Source: Ramazzottius varieornatus
Taxonomy: Eukaryota; Animalia; Tardigrada
Reading direction: 5' to 3'
NCBI GenBank assembly: GCA_001949185.1
Contig: BDGG01000005.1
Span: 248,001-312,000, forward strand
Length of the DNA: 64,000 nucleotides
Shown here one piece after another: positions 1-11,975 of the stretch. Both the position numbers and the translations under genes were made by a program. The notes beneath the pieces were generated by a model. The model was not told the DNA's origin, did not search any database, and saw only the letters and a program-made list of their open reading frames with translations. The number at the start of each line of letters is the position of its first letter. Position 1 is the stretch's first letter.

Positions 1-1
1 C

Positions 2-205
2 GAGAATCCTACTGGACCACCGCTGTCAGTGCCTGTAAGGATGGAAAAGGTTGCTCTGGCCTTAAAGATGGGAGACGTCACAACGCCGGAAAAAACGCCA
101 GAAGTAACACCGCGACCCACAAGAACCACTGTGAAATTCGCCTCTCAAACTTCTGTTCGCTTTGACGAAGACGCTTCTCAGGTCGCCGACCAACAAGAAG
201 CATGA
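2..205 (+). CDS. Possible 3' end of a gene that begins upstream of the window
   Basis: Frame is open from the window edge to TGA 203-205 (ENPTGPP...TSVRFDEDASQVADQQEA*). No recognisable motif. Confidence 0.3.
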   Translation, partial: ENPTGPPLSVPVRMEKVALALKMGDVTTPEKTPEVTPRPTRTTVKFASQTSVRFDEDASQVADQQEA

Positions 206-497
206 ACAATGAGAAGTTTTCGATTTCCTCTCTTTCTGTTCTCAGCGTCTTGTTAATCGTTATCCGAACAACGCGTATAAAGGAATATAGAATACTGGGT
301 GGAAAATCACGAACTGTGTTGTTCACTTTGATCACTTTGTTGTGAACAAGCAGCGCGCAGGAACAACGGCCAGCGCAAGATGCCGAGTTGTTGATCTAGC
401 TTGCAACTGTCAAATACGATCTTATTTGTATCAAGTCCTTCCTTGGCATTGCTCTTTCAGTGTCAACCGCGGGCCAACCCTCTTTGTTGTAGGACCC

Positions 498-572
498 TGT
501 TTGTCCACTTGCTAGTGGCATACGCAATCGACTCGATCATCTCTTCACCGATCGTTGCACGATCTTGAAAGT
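498..572. repeat. Segment homologous to 4601-4690 (copy 1)
   Basis: Three collinear blocks: tgtttgtccacttgctag / caatcgactcgatcatct / ttgcacgatcttgaaagt, versus tgtttgcctacttgtag / caaccgcttccatcatct / ttgcacgaacttgaaagt. Confidence 0.6.
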
Positions 573-860
573 CACTTCTGAAAGATCGTTGTCGAAACTC
601 CTGGAATTTGTCGTACCGCGTTTGTCCAAACACCCTTTGTCAAGTACACTGCTTCTCAGTACCGTACAAAATCTTCGGGTTCCCTGAAGAGACTGTTGGC
701 GGTTTACAGGACGAAGGACCTGGATGACTTGATTGCTTTAGGCGTTGCCTCCATCAACCCGGATCGCCGGTGCGGGTCGTCACTATGCTGAAGGCTTCGG
801 TACTCCCGTTTCTGCTACGGTACAGATGACTCAATGGGACGTGAGTGTTGGCCCTTCATT

Positions 861-3800
861 ATGAATATCGGCATCGGTTTCCTGGTCCAAATTTCCATTC
901 TTGCACAAATATTACTGGAAGCTGTCCGACTTGATGCCGCGTCCCTGTCTGCCGCTCTGGTAAAACGTTCCTTCCCATCAGCATGAAAATTATTTCCTCT
1001 CCCGCCAGTGCATTCTTATCGTCCATATACAGCAGTTCCAAATTAATTTTTTCTACTGTGTTACTGGGGGGGGGGGGATGTTCATTCTCATTCGGTATGA
1101 TCTTCCAGAAATATCTGCAAAAGTTCGGATATATCGACCATGGATCGGATGGGCAGTTTATGGCGGCGCAGCTTCACATGGACGACTTCATCAGCGCCAT
1201 CAAGAAGTTCCAGCGCTTCAGCGGTCTACAGGTCACAGGTACTTCTCAATTTTCTTTTACGTAATGTTGAGTTATCGCGGGATCCTTCGGCTATTAGGTA
1301 GTCAAGAACAATGGTCAGACTCTATTGAATGGTTTGCGCTGTTCATCAGACGCCAACTGCTGTGCTAACAATCAAGAGCAATGCACTTTGTTTGCTGATT
1401 GTCAGGTAGGCTGTAACTCCGTTCATTTCTGAAATGAGGCACAACAACGTCGTTCTGGACAAGATACGTCTTGACTCTTGAGGTACTCTCTTGACATCAG
1501 CCGTAATGATCCCAAGGTCAACACTGATCGATCGACCCATGACGCCACCGATGTTACAGCATAGAGCGGCCTTACCCTAAACTTTTGAATTCAACCGGAA
1601 GTCACGGAGACGAATTCCACTATACTGAATTTTTGCTGTTCCGAAGAACGGCCCAAAGAAATCTAGCTTTCAGGCTTCTGTCTCATCATGCTGTTACTTT
1701 CCAGGAAAAATGGACGCGACGACAGCCTTCAGGATGAAACAGCCGCGGTGCGGAAACCCTGATCCAGTTCACCGCGACCCGCACAGCAGAGCCTTCATCT
1801 TACAAGGTGAGCAACAGTGGCTCAGGTTTTCGTTGGATTAGACATCCGGAAGAGGAACTGAACTTTTCGGCGTTACAGGAAGTAAATGGGACAAGTTGGA
1901 CTTGACGTTTAAGATAGGACAGTATTCAAGGACCCTAAGCCGGAAAGCAGTCGATGAGATAATCGGAAAAGCGTTTTCTGTACGTTCGTCTCTGGATTTC
2001 TCATAATTTTAGTGTATCAACATTGTACTGACAGAGTTCTCTCCTCTAGTACTGGTCGAAACCTTCTGGCTTAACGTTTACTCAGATCGAAAGTGGGACT
2101 GCAGACATAGTCATCCTTTTTGCGAGGGGCGAGCATGGGGACCTGAGTCCCTTCGACGGACCACAGGGCGTAAGTAGTCAGTCCCTATTGACATAATACG
2201 TCAGTATCATAGCCTGGACTTCCTTATATACATGTAGGTGCTGGCCCACGCATTCTTTCCGGACTTCGGTGGAGACACTCATTTCGACGACTCGGAAAGA
2301 TGGACTCAAAGCGCTCGAAACGGAGTCAACCTCTTGCAGGTCGCCGTCCATGAACTTGGCCACGCTCTGGGTCTTGACCACTCTGATGTCACCGCGGCTG
2401 TCATGGCGCCTTTTTACGATGGTTTCAACCCAAAGTTCGAACTACATATAGACGACATTGCTGGAATTCGAAGGCTGTACCCACTGCGAGACGGCGTAAC
2501 CGGCGCAACCGAATCGTCCAACAACTTTGAAGAGACGGAAACCCCGTCGCCCACTAAGCCCATGACTCCAGCGACCACACGATCACCTTTTCGGACTCGC
2601 TTCAGTACACCGCGAGCTTCTTCGGGGTATCCTACTCGACCACCTCGTACATCAACTACCGCATCGCCTACCCAGAACACGACGGTTACATCCTTTGCGG
2701 TTACTCGTTCGTCTGTGCGCCACACGACTCCTTTGTACTACGACGTCAACCAGCCACCAGAACTGCTGGACGATGATATTTTACCATCGAAAGGACCTCC
2801 ACCCACTCTTTCATCATCCTCAACTTCTTCGACTACCGTTCTACCGGCCCATAACGCCACGGACATCAAATTGATCACAGCAAACGAGTTTACCGAGTTC
2901 GACATGGTAGCGGAAGTCGTCACCGCTCAGGCGGATATTGGGAACGCCACTGTGTCATCAACGACCAGCAAATCGGTTTCCGAGGATTGTCCGGACTTAT
3001 GTAGCGACAATTTTACCATTGATGCACTGACAACGTCGGATGGAATTGGTTACCTTTTTAGTGGTAAGCGTCTTTGTGACCGACAATAAACCCGTCGAGG
3101 TGTTCGAGATTATCCAGATTAGATTGTATCGAGAGACGAAGCATGGCGGTGTTAGTGGTATTTACGTTGTATCGGGTTGTGTCGAACTTGTTTGCAGGTG
3201 AGTGTTACTGGGCGATTAGTTCGATGGGAGAAGTGCTACTTCCGGGTCGCAAGATTAGCGCTGACTGGGGTGGCGTACCAGGAAACCTGAACGCAGGTAC
3301 AACTTGCCTTAGATCTAGTAGCAGACCATGCAGCCCACTGCCTTAACGACATCGTCCCTGTTTTCTAGCGTTAACGCCATCATGGGCAAATGGTCGAACC
3401 TACTTCTTCAAGGTATCAGAAAGAAGTTGCTTAGGGTGCTGCAGAACTTCCGCTTTACCATCCATTTTTTAGGGTTCATGGTACTGGCGCGTGACGGAGC
3501 GCAAGATCGACTCGGGATACCCAAAGCTGATTCGTTCGTCCTGGGGTGGCATACCGGACGACATAGATGCTGCTTTCCAGTGGGGAAAGAACTCCCGGAC
3601 GTATTTCGTGAAACGTGAGTCGAAATCATGACCATCGGGCTTGGCTAACTTAGTTTCTGCCCGTTTTTGAGCACGAGTGTGTATCTACCGTTACAGGGAA
3701 CCAAATCTGGTCTTTTGATCGGACAAAACTCCCACCTGTGCGCGGTCCGAAGCCTTTGCCGGTAGATCGAGGTTTCCCTCAGCATATCGATGCTGGCTTC

Positions 3801-4188
3801 CGATCGTCAAATGGGAGGACGTACTTATTTAGCAAGGATAAGTATTACGCCATGAGCACGTGGAGCTTCCTCGTAAGTCTCTTACTCGCCAAAGCGCTTC
3901 TTTCGCTTTACTATCTTGTTGTGAATCGAGGATTTCAGTCAATCCGTGGCATCTCGACGAGAAACAAATCACGGTTCTTCGTTTTAGATAAGCCGGTATT
4001 ATCCGCAGCCAACTGCGCCCAGGTGGTTCGGATGTGGTCTTCTGCCTGTGGATTCGGACTTACCCAAAGATCAGCTAACACGGGTGGATCCGTCAACATC
4101 CTTACGAGATGATTTCGATGTGTCGAACCGAACAACAACGAGCGCTCCTTTGAGCGCGCTCCACTTTGCTCTTTTTCCATTGCCTTGA
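861..4188 (+). CDS. Matrix metalloproteinase A (M10A), multi-exon, with hemopexin domain and possible GPI-type tail
   Basis: Signal-like exon 861-959; KYLQKFGY exon 1109-1238; cysteine switch PRCGNPD (exon from 1705); [20 protein letters not shown]; zinc motif [11 protein letters not shown] and Met-turn AVMAPFY; Thr/Ser/Pro linker; four hemopexin blades ending WFGC; last exon 3988-4188 ends [14 protein letters not shown]. Splice phases are consistent. Confidence 0.93.
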
Positions 4189-4600
4189 TTTTCGGCTGAT
4201 TCATGACAGATCTCGTTTTTAAATCAATTTCTAGTACCACACCAAGTCTGCAGTTTCCCCATTTCCGACGTAACCAGATGGAAAGCTATGTAAGTAGCCA
4301 AAAGCCAGCAGTGTCGTCCTACTGAATGAGGAACGGCACTGTAGGCCTATCTGAGTTCTCCGCACTATACTGTACGTTCTGAACAACGAGCCACGCCTCT
4401 TGTCATCTCGAAACCCAGTAAAGCTGGTGTTGACGCCTTGACGGGACGAACCATATAGGTATGTCGAACCTAGCCGCGCAAGAGTAGCAACACTAGCACT
4501 GTAGCTATGGCCGGTATACTTAGTATCACAAAGACCTTTGCCGCTCGCTGGAATTCCGGCTGCCGGCACTGACAAGCTCGTCCGCCTTACAGTGTAGCCA

Positions 4601-4690
4601 TGTTTGCCTACTTGTAGATGTGAACTTGACGTCTTGAACAACCGCTTCCATCATCTTGATCTCCAGCGGCCATTGCACGAACTTGAAAGT
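4601..4690. repeat. Segment homologous to 498-572 (copy 2)
   Basis: Same three collinear blocks as copy 1, in the same orientation. Confidence 0.6.
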
Positions 4691-4974
4691 GAAGTCCTCC
4701 TACAGTTGCGGCTCCCTGACGATTCACAGGGCGTGGCCACTTTGACTCGTTTCGTTTTGCACTATGACTTGAACGAAATTCGACGTTGCTTCTTATCGAG
4801 AACGCGCCAGGCAACAATATCTCGAGTTCGACTTACTCGATAACACCCGCTCCCGGTCGGCCGGGTTTTAAATGAGGGTCTGATTGAGGAGGTCCTTGCA
4901 TCGAGTACTTCGGATGATCTCTTCGCCATACCGCTAGCGGATAGTGTCAAATACAAACGAGGCACGAAGAGCGG

Positions 4975-5087
4975 TTTTCCCCCATGATTATCAATAGTAA
5001 ATCCGTGGTGAAATTTGTCTTCGAAACAGGAATACCAGTTTTCCACCATGATTATGGGTTTTAAATTAGTAGTGAAATTTATCCTCG
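4975..5087. repeat. Two-copy degenerate direct repeat, period 64 bp
   Basis: ttttcccccatgattat...aaat..gtggtgaaatttgtcttcg (4975) versus ttttccaccatgattat...aaat..gtagtgaaatttatcctcg (5039). Confidence 0.6.
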
Positions 5088-5288
5088 TTGTGCTCATATG
5101 GCTGGAAAAGACTTGAGGCCGTGTCTTATCCGTGGCGCTGGTAATTAAGTGTTTCCAGCTACTCTTCATTGATGGATTACACATCAACCATCACGATCCG
5201 AGCTCGTATAGAGTAACTGAGAGCAGGTACCCGGCTGAGCTGGGCAGGATACTCCACCACACTCATTTCGCGTCGTACCCCCAAACAA

Positions 5289-6240
5289 CTACTCCATAGA
5301 CGCGAAACCATACCTCGCCATCCGTGCTAACCACTGCGACTTGAGCATTACATCCTGTCTCACATAGAATCTGTAACAGTCACTGCTCCATCGTCCGAGC
5401 ACCGTGATCTGGTCCATAGGTACTCCGCATTGAGAGGCCGTAGTCGCTGCACCCATCCGGAAACTGTGACTTATATTTTGGCTCCCAGTGATGTCAAGAG
5501 AAATTCATTTAACCTTTGACGCGTGCGGGGTGCTGCATTTTCAAACACGAACTCTAAATCTTGCGACGACTTCTTGCTCACTTCAAGGAAATTGGCATAC
5601 GCGCGCACTGCGCAACGTGAGCGTCCCCATGCAGGTATTTCAATTGCCATCTCAACCAGTTGTGATGTTTTCGTCGATCTTACACGAATTTCCAGTAGGT
5701 CTTCTGTGTGTTCAATACTTCCGAAAGTAAGACCATTAGATCCGCTCAAAGAAGTGAACTCCGATACTCTCATAAAACCGAAGAAAGCCATGCATAGTGC
5801 ATGCCGACCATAACATGTGCTTGTCGGGAATACTCAAAGATGATTTGCGTAACACATCTTTTAGTTTCCTTAGTACATCAATCGTGATGGGTTCTCTACT
5901 GATGCGTTGACCAACTACAGATCGGTTCCAACCTTTCATGATCATTCTGAGTCGCGTATCATCAGCTGAAGGGTCGCCATAACCCTTCATAACATGTTGC
6001 GATCGTACCGAAGAGATGTACACTGTCGCAGCCACCAGACTCAGCCCTTTGCAGTACAGATATGCGGAAAATCGCTGGATGGTTTTTTTGGCTGAAGGTA
6101 TAAAATCTTCGGAGTATTTCAGACAGAAAGACAAGTAGTGTCGAAGTCCAACATCATAAACTCTTCGTGTGGAATTTGCAAGATGTTTATTAGCGAGCCA
6201 TCGCGAGACACGGTCGAGTCCTTCGACCGTGGGACATGGT
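5289..6240 (-). pseudogene. Tyrosine recombinase of the retrotransposon (frameshifted)
   Basis: LANSTRRVY N-terminal motif, AFFGFMRVSEF, STKTSQ, HSFRMGAATT and LGRWSSDCYRFYVR, spread over three frame segments; stop at 5289. Confidence 0.9.
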
Positions 6241-6249
6241 CTGATTGCA

Positions 6250-7514
6250 ATACACGTTTCAGAAACTCGAGATCGCAATCGACTCTCACTGCCTCTTCTG
6301 AGGCTGTGGGGTATAAAGCTAGGAACTGTTCCCAGTTGCACCTAGAGACGGCATAAGCGATTAAGTTATCAACATCGGCCATATAGGTGATGCGTAGGTT
6401 GAAGTTATTAGTAGCCGCCATGAAATGTATCTGCCGTACGAGCTACATAATGCCATTATGTGGAGTTGATAGCTTCCGCCACGCCGAGACCACAGCCATG
6501 GTGTCCGAATGGAACAGTAGCCTTTTTCTTTGCCAGTTTACCCCCTAAACAAAAACAAGCTAGAAAAATTGGCAACATTTCAAACAAAGCTGTGGGAGGT
6601 TGCGTCTCAGTAAGCCAAGTAGGCCACGGCAGGAAAAACCACTCATTACCGAACACAGCACTAAACCGAAGGAACCTGCTGCAACGGTAAACGAATGCAT
6701 GAAAGTTGCTGAGGTTTCATCGGGTTGCAGGAAACTGCATGTCCCGTTCCACCCCGGTAAAAAACCCTACCACCATTCGATGTCCATCTTGAAATCTTTC
6801 GTCAACTTGATTTTATCGCTGCTGTTGCGAGCGCGATGAAATGACGAAGGAACATTCGACCAGCAGGCAAACATTTGGTGGCGAAGCTGAGTTTGCCGAT
6901 CAAACTCTGAAGTTCGTTTTTCGTTGCACGAGGTTTCCGATGGAAAACTGTTAGCTCGTCCATCAGTTCTTTAATCTTGCCTTCAGGCATAGCTATGGTC
7001 CGTTTCACGGTACCGAGTTCTATACCGAGATAAGTCAACTTCGTAGTAGAAATGTCAGTTTTCTCTCCAGCCATTGGCACTCCCAGCTAGTTGCAAAAAT
7101 AACGGAAAAAGTTGAGAACTCTCTGACACTCAAGATCGTCGGGTTCACGAAGTCATTAACGGATTCCTTCTCGGGACGTGATAGGTCCATGATTAGTCGC
7201 GAACTCCCATTCTTTTTAGCTCGAACACCGATAGAAGAAACGACACTGTTTTCAATAGGTGGCTGATCGAGAGGTCCTACTGTGTGCTGGGCTACAACCT
7301 CCTTTGCGACATATTTTCCGAGGATGCGAATGTAGTCAAAAGCTGTTCGAGCATTTGGTTTTTCGCGAGAGAACTCAGGACCGCGGTAACCGATGTGAAA
7401 TCCGTTTCTCAGCCCATCGACGAAGTACGTAACAGAATTCTGATCGGGGTACTCTTTTAGCAATAACGCAAAACGATCGGGAATCAGAAGTGTGAAGGCT
7501 TTAGCTGGTATCAT
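6250..7514 (-). pseudogene. Reverse transcriptase/RNase H, internally deleted and frameshifted
   Basis: GLRNGFHIGY, RLIMDLSRP..SVNDF, then directly GVPMAGEK..LTYLGIEL..ELQSLIGKLSFA with no YxDD segment. RNase H remnants FTVAAGS, FEMLPI, NLIAYAVSR. Confidence 0.85.
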
Positions 7515-8759
7515 TGTCGGGGCAAGTGTCGCGTCGGTGGCCTTTCTGCATGCATTTGTCGCAAATGTGAATTTGACGGTTTAAACAAGGCTCACTACAA
7601 TTACCGTCATTCCACCGAATACATGGCATATCTGTTCGTAACCTGACTCTAAAACTACGCTTAGTCAAACCTGTACCGGTGCTGCTCAACGGTTTCAGCT
7701 CAGTGTCCTTCGGTCCAGACGACCCAGCCGCCCTGTGGGCGCTGTCGTCCGAGGTGCGTGTATTGCTCCGATACTGCGAACCACGATCATTTTCTGCACG
7801 CCGGCGGTCGTCATAATTCCGAGCAGTTCGCGTAGAAGGAGCAGGACAGTTCACAGCGATGTGGCCGTACTGATTGCAGTTGTAGCATTTCGTCTCTCTA
7901 GAAACAGTCGAAGGTGGCAGTACAACACTGGTGTTACCACGTACCACCGCAGCTTCCAGATCAGGATCTTCACGACACCACTCGAGATCAGTCGAGCCAG
8001 CGTGCTTCATCTTCATTCGAAAACGTTGATGTATTCAAGCCACAGGTTCGCGGAGCCCATCTGTCCGGAGAGTCCATTGATAATCCCAATGTAGCTTATC
8101 AGCTTTGGGTACAAACCCGGGTGGTAGTATCCACGGTAAGAAGCAAAAATAATGAAGGCCTCCAACCACGTAGCGAAGCTGTCGATCTTCCGCTTCGGAT
8201 CCTTGCCCGCGTACTTCAGAAGAGCGCCGGCAATATTGCTGAGAACTGAATCAACATCGGAGGACACATCCAAGTCATAATTCTGCGGTAGGATTAACTC
8301 AAGATTAACAAAGGCACGGCGATCCCGCAAAAGTTTGTCGATGGCATCAGATACCGGCTCGAAATTGAAAGACCGATCCGGTGCGGGGAGCTTTGAAATA
8401 GTAACAATTACCGTGGGGGAATCTGAAATTGTAATCGTTTCCACCGGCTGACGTAGTGCACGTGCAAGTACCAAGGAAGTTCCACCGTCAGAAACAGTAG
8501 CTGTGGTCTCAGTTGGTGCTACTGCTCGTCCGTCGGTACTGCGGGACGTACTCACCTGATTAGTGAGAGCGGTAAGCGCGGTAAGTACTTGGTCAAACTT
8601 ATCCTCTATAGAACTCTTCTTGTGTGAACCTTCAGCAACTTCGGGTAGGTCGCGGGGTCCAGAAACGGAGCGATGACCGGCCTTTCGCTTCCCTCCAACT
8701 TTGCCGCGGGAACGCGTAACAGACGAAGTGCTCCGCGAGGCTGGAGTCAGATTACTCAT
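7501..8759 (-). pseudogene. Gag-like ORF1 with CCHC knuckles (one frameshift near 8030)
   Basis: IDSFATWLEAFIIF; WLEY followed, after restoring 1 nt, by DQRFRMK; CYNCNQYGHIAVNC; CIRWNDGNC...HICDKCMQKGHRRDTC. Confidence 0.85.
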
Positions 8760-9304
8760 GTCAGAACACTCAAGAGCCCCAAAGAACAGAACCAAAACAG
8801 TGTAAACAGATCTTCCGCTTGTCGCGCACACATCATGAGACGCTCTTCTTTTCTCTCAACCTTACTTCTTCGTACACATGGCTACCGCGCTTGAAACCGC
8901 TTGATCACTGTATCCTTCCCCGCTTCTTCTCAAAATCCGCCAGTTATGTCAGCCTAAGAACTACTCACAACGCTCATTACGAGAAGCTGTAAAGGTAGAT
9001 TGTACACCTAGCGGCGTATATCTATAGTAACTGCCTTGTTTTGTCTGGATACCCGGATGAATATTCGTCTTCGGCTTTGACTCGTTGAAGTCGCGCACTG
9101 CGTCATTGCAAAATCATGACGTATTTGCGGCATTCATTGCTGATCAGCTGATTTCTTTTTCGGATTTTTCGAAAAGTTAATTCTGAACATTCTGACTGAA
9201 GGCTTTGAGTCTTCTCATCACCTTGTAAAATCTCACAGAGTGTTGACCGCCGACCAGCTCTCTCCGATGGATTAGTCCATGCTCGTTATCTTCCATATTC
9301 GCAG

Positions 9305-11557
9305 AAATACCTCAAGTGCTTTGGATACATTGGTCATGACTCTTCGTCGAATACCAGGTCTATGGGGGCTCAGCTGCACACGGACGGCTTTGTCTCGGCG
9401 ACCAAGAAAGTTTTCGCGAAGCTTCTCTGTAATTATGTTGCGCGCTTCGAGTTTCTACTATCTGATAGCTCGAATATTGGGTGAGAAACTGAACTTTTAT
9501 TTCTTTTTAGTACTGGTCGAAACCATCGTCGCTGAGGCTCAGGCAAATCCAAAATGGACCGGCGGACATAGATATCATGTTTGCCGTGAGGGAGCATGGC
9601 GATTTTAGCGCGTTCGATGGAGCAGGAAAAGTAATTACCACACATCATCGTAATAGCAGATCTAACGAGATAATATCGCTTTTGACGTGTATAGGTGCTG
9701 GGCCGCGCGTTCTTCTCGAGTTACAATGGCAGTGCCCATTTCGACGACGACAAAAACTGGACTCAAAGTTGACTTAACCGGAATCAACCTTCTGCAGGTC
9801 GCCGTCCAGGAACTGGGTCACTCTCTGTGTCTTGACCATTCTGACAACGAGACTGCCATCATGAGTCCAGTGTACAGCGGCGAAAACAAAGCTGTGTTAT
9901 GGTTACATGAAGACGACGTTGCTGGTATACAAAAGTTGCATCCGTTACCTGAAGGCGTTACTAGTGCTACAGAGTTTTCCATCCTTGTGGAAGGTGCCGA
10001 AGTTCCTGCTACCACCGAGCCACCTTGCAACCCCATGTCCCCCACAAATGGTACCTCTTCTTGGTACCGTACCCGGCGTCGTCGCTCTCCTACAACGACC
10101 ACGAGTACAGTGTCAAATACCGATGTCACTCAGAGCAGCAGCGTTTCTGGGTTCCCGAAGCGTTATACGACACCATTGTACTATGACGCAGACCATTCTT
10201 CCGAACTACCAGATGACGATGCACTTTTGCCATGACTCACTCTCCTTCCCCTACGACCATCAGCGATGTCGGACAGAATATGACAGACCTCAGCTCAACG
10301 GCAGGCAGTCTGGCTATTGTTCCTGATGTTAAACCGGAAGTTACAACCATTCAGCCAAATGCGAACGGTATGACACTTGGCTTGGCTCTGACCAGTTCGT
10401 CTACGAGGAAGCCTGGGATTCCTGTCCCTTACAAGGATTTATGTGTGGTTACAACTTTGCGATCGACACGGTAACAGCCTCGGATGGGACTGGTTGCCTA
10501 TTTAGCGGTAAGCGTCTATCTGACGGACGTGTTCATGATTTGTGGCCGAGGTGATTATAGTGTATGAAGGAAGTGAGCCTGGTGGTGTTAATGGTACTAA
10601 CGTTGTGTCGGATTATGACAAACGTGTTTGTAGGCGAGTATTACTGGACGATTAGTTCGACGGGCGAAGTACTACTTCCGGGTCGCAAGATTAGCGCTGA
10701 CTGGGGAGGGATACCGGACGGCTTGGATGCGGGTAACTGGTACTGCTAATCTGTCAGCGAATGTAGAGTTCTATAACGTAATGCGCTGACGTCAACATGG
10801 GCTAACGGCCGAAGCTACGTTTTCAAAGCTGACTCCGTTTGGTTCGGCCAAACATTTTTGCAATAGAAGTCTGTGTATGGTTGCAGGGTCCGTGGTACTG
10901 GCGTGTAACTGACCGAGGAGTCGATTCGGGATACCCGAATTTGATTCGTTCTTCATGGGGAGGTATACGGATGACATTGACACTGCTTTCAGTGGGGGAA
11001 GAACTCTCGCACGTACTTTGTTGAACGTACTGTATGTCTAAGTAGCTTGCATACTAACTTAGACAGTAGGACAGGCTGTGACGTATGAAGTCCTTCAGTG
11101 GATCACTGTGCGGTCTTTCTTACAGGCAACCATATATGGACGTTTGTTCGAACGAAACTTCCGCCGGTTTGCGGTCCAAGGCTCTTACCAGTCGACCGGG
11201 GATTTCCACAGCATATCGACGCCGGCTTTCGATCGTCAATTGGACGGACGTATCTCTTCAGTAAAGACAAATATTAGGCCATGAGCACGCATGGCTTCCA
11301 CGTGAGTACTATAGTCATTCGGGCATTCCCGCGAAGTCATCTCAGTTACTGAGTACGGTCCATGTCCCCGAGGTAAGTCACTACTATCCACCATCAATAG
11401 CACCCAGATGGTTGGGCTGTGGACGGGACCAAGCGACTGGCCATGAGAGTAATCTACTGACTCGCGCGTGGCGAGACTTGAAGTGCCTAACACAACTGCG
11501 ACCAGAACTCCTTTGGCAGCTCTACATTTTTCTATTTTTCCACTGCCTTTATGCTAA
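9305..11557 (+). pseudogene. MMP pseudogene, paralogue of MMP-A
   Basis: Remaining exons match MMP-A ([24 protein letters not shown], tail PLAALHFSIFPLPLC*). The cysteine-switch exon and the next exon are missing, there is a stop/frameshift near 9770, the zinc motif is altered to QELGHSLCLDH, and further stops and frameshifts follow. Confidence 0.88.
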
Positions 11558-11975
11558 AAAACCATCGACGGTAGATCCCGCGTTTAGAAGCAAAAGTTAG
11601 ATTGGAGTGCTCTTTACAAAGCTCAGAGCTGCATTCGGAAGCAGATACATAATGCCCAGGGTATTTCAACTGCATTCACCCGTATAGATCAGGAAAGATG
11701 AGTTCGACCGATGTCGGTCTGTAGTCGAACGGACGTCGTCGTCGTCGTCATCCTTCAGAGATTTCGCTGTGACGACACGAGAAACTTATGAGTTGAGACA
11801 ATGCAATAAACCATTTGGATCTCTACTAGTCTTTCAGTTTTTGCTCGTTCGTAGACCTGTGTTCCTATAGGAGGATAGTCCATATTGCATGCGGGGAAGA
11901 CGCAGACAAGTCTAGATTGGTTTTTCAGTAAACTGTCTGGCCCTGCCGCATGACGTTTAGGCAGGAATTAGAACC

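Larger units (their letters stand above)
5200..9065 (-). mobile_element. Decayed tyrosine-recombinase retrotransposon (DIRS order, Ngaro-like); boundaries approximate
   Basis: Intronless minus-strand order gag (zinc knuckles) > RT/RNase H > tyrosine recombinase, in overlapping frames with multiple frameshifts. No methyltransferase domain or DDE integrase seen. Confidence 0.9.

Noticed and set aside
1066-1077. G12 run as a functional G-quadruplex
   Set aside because: An isolated intronic homopolymer with no supporting evidence; its length may be unreliable.
8013-8035. Programmed frameshift within gag
   Set aside because: Restoring one base rebuilds the YDxxFR motif and no slippery heptamer is present, so it is a decay mutation.
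9760-9790. In-frame TGA in the MMP paralogue as possible selenocysteine or readthrough
   Set aside because: It coincides with a frameshift, and the copy has other stops, missing exons and a mutated zinc ligand.
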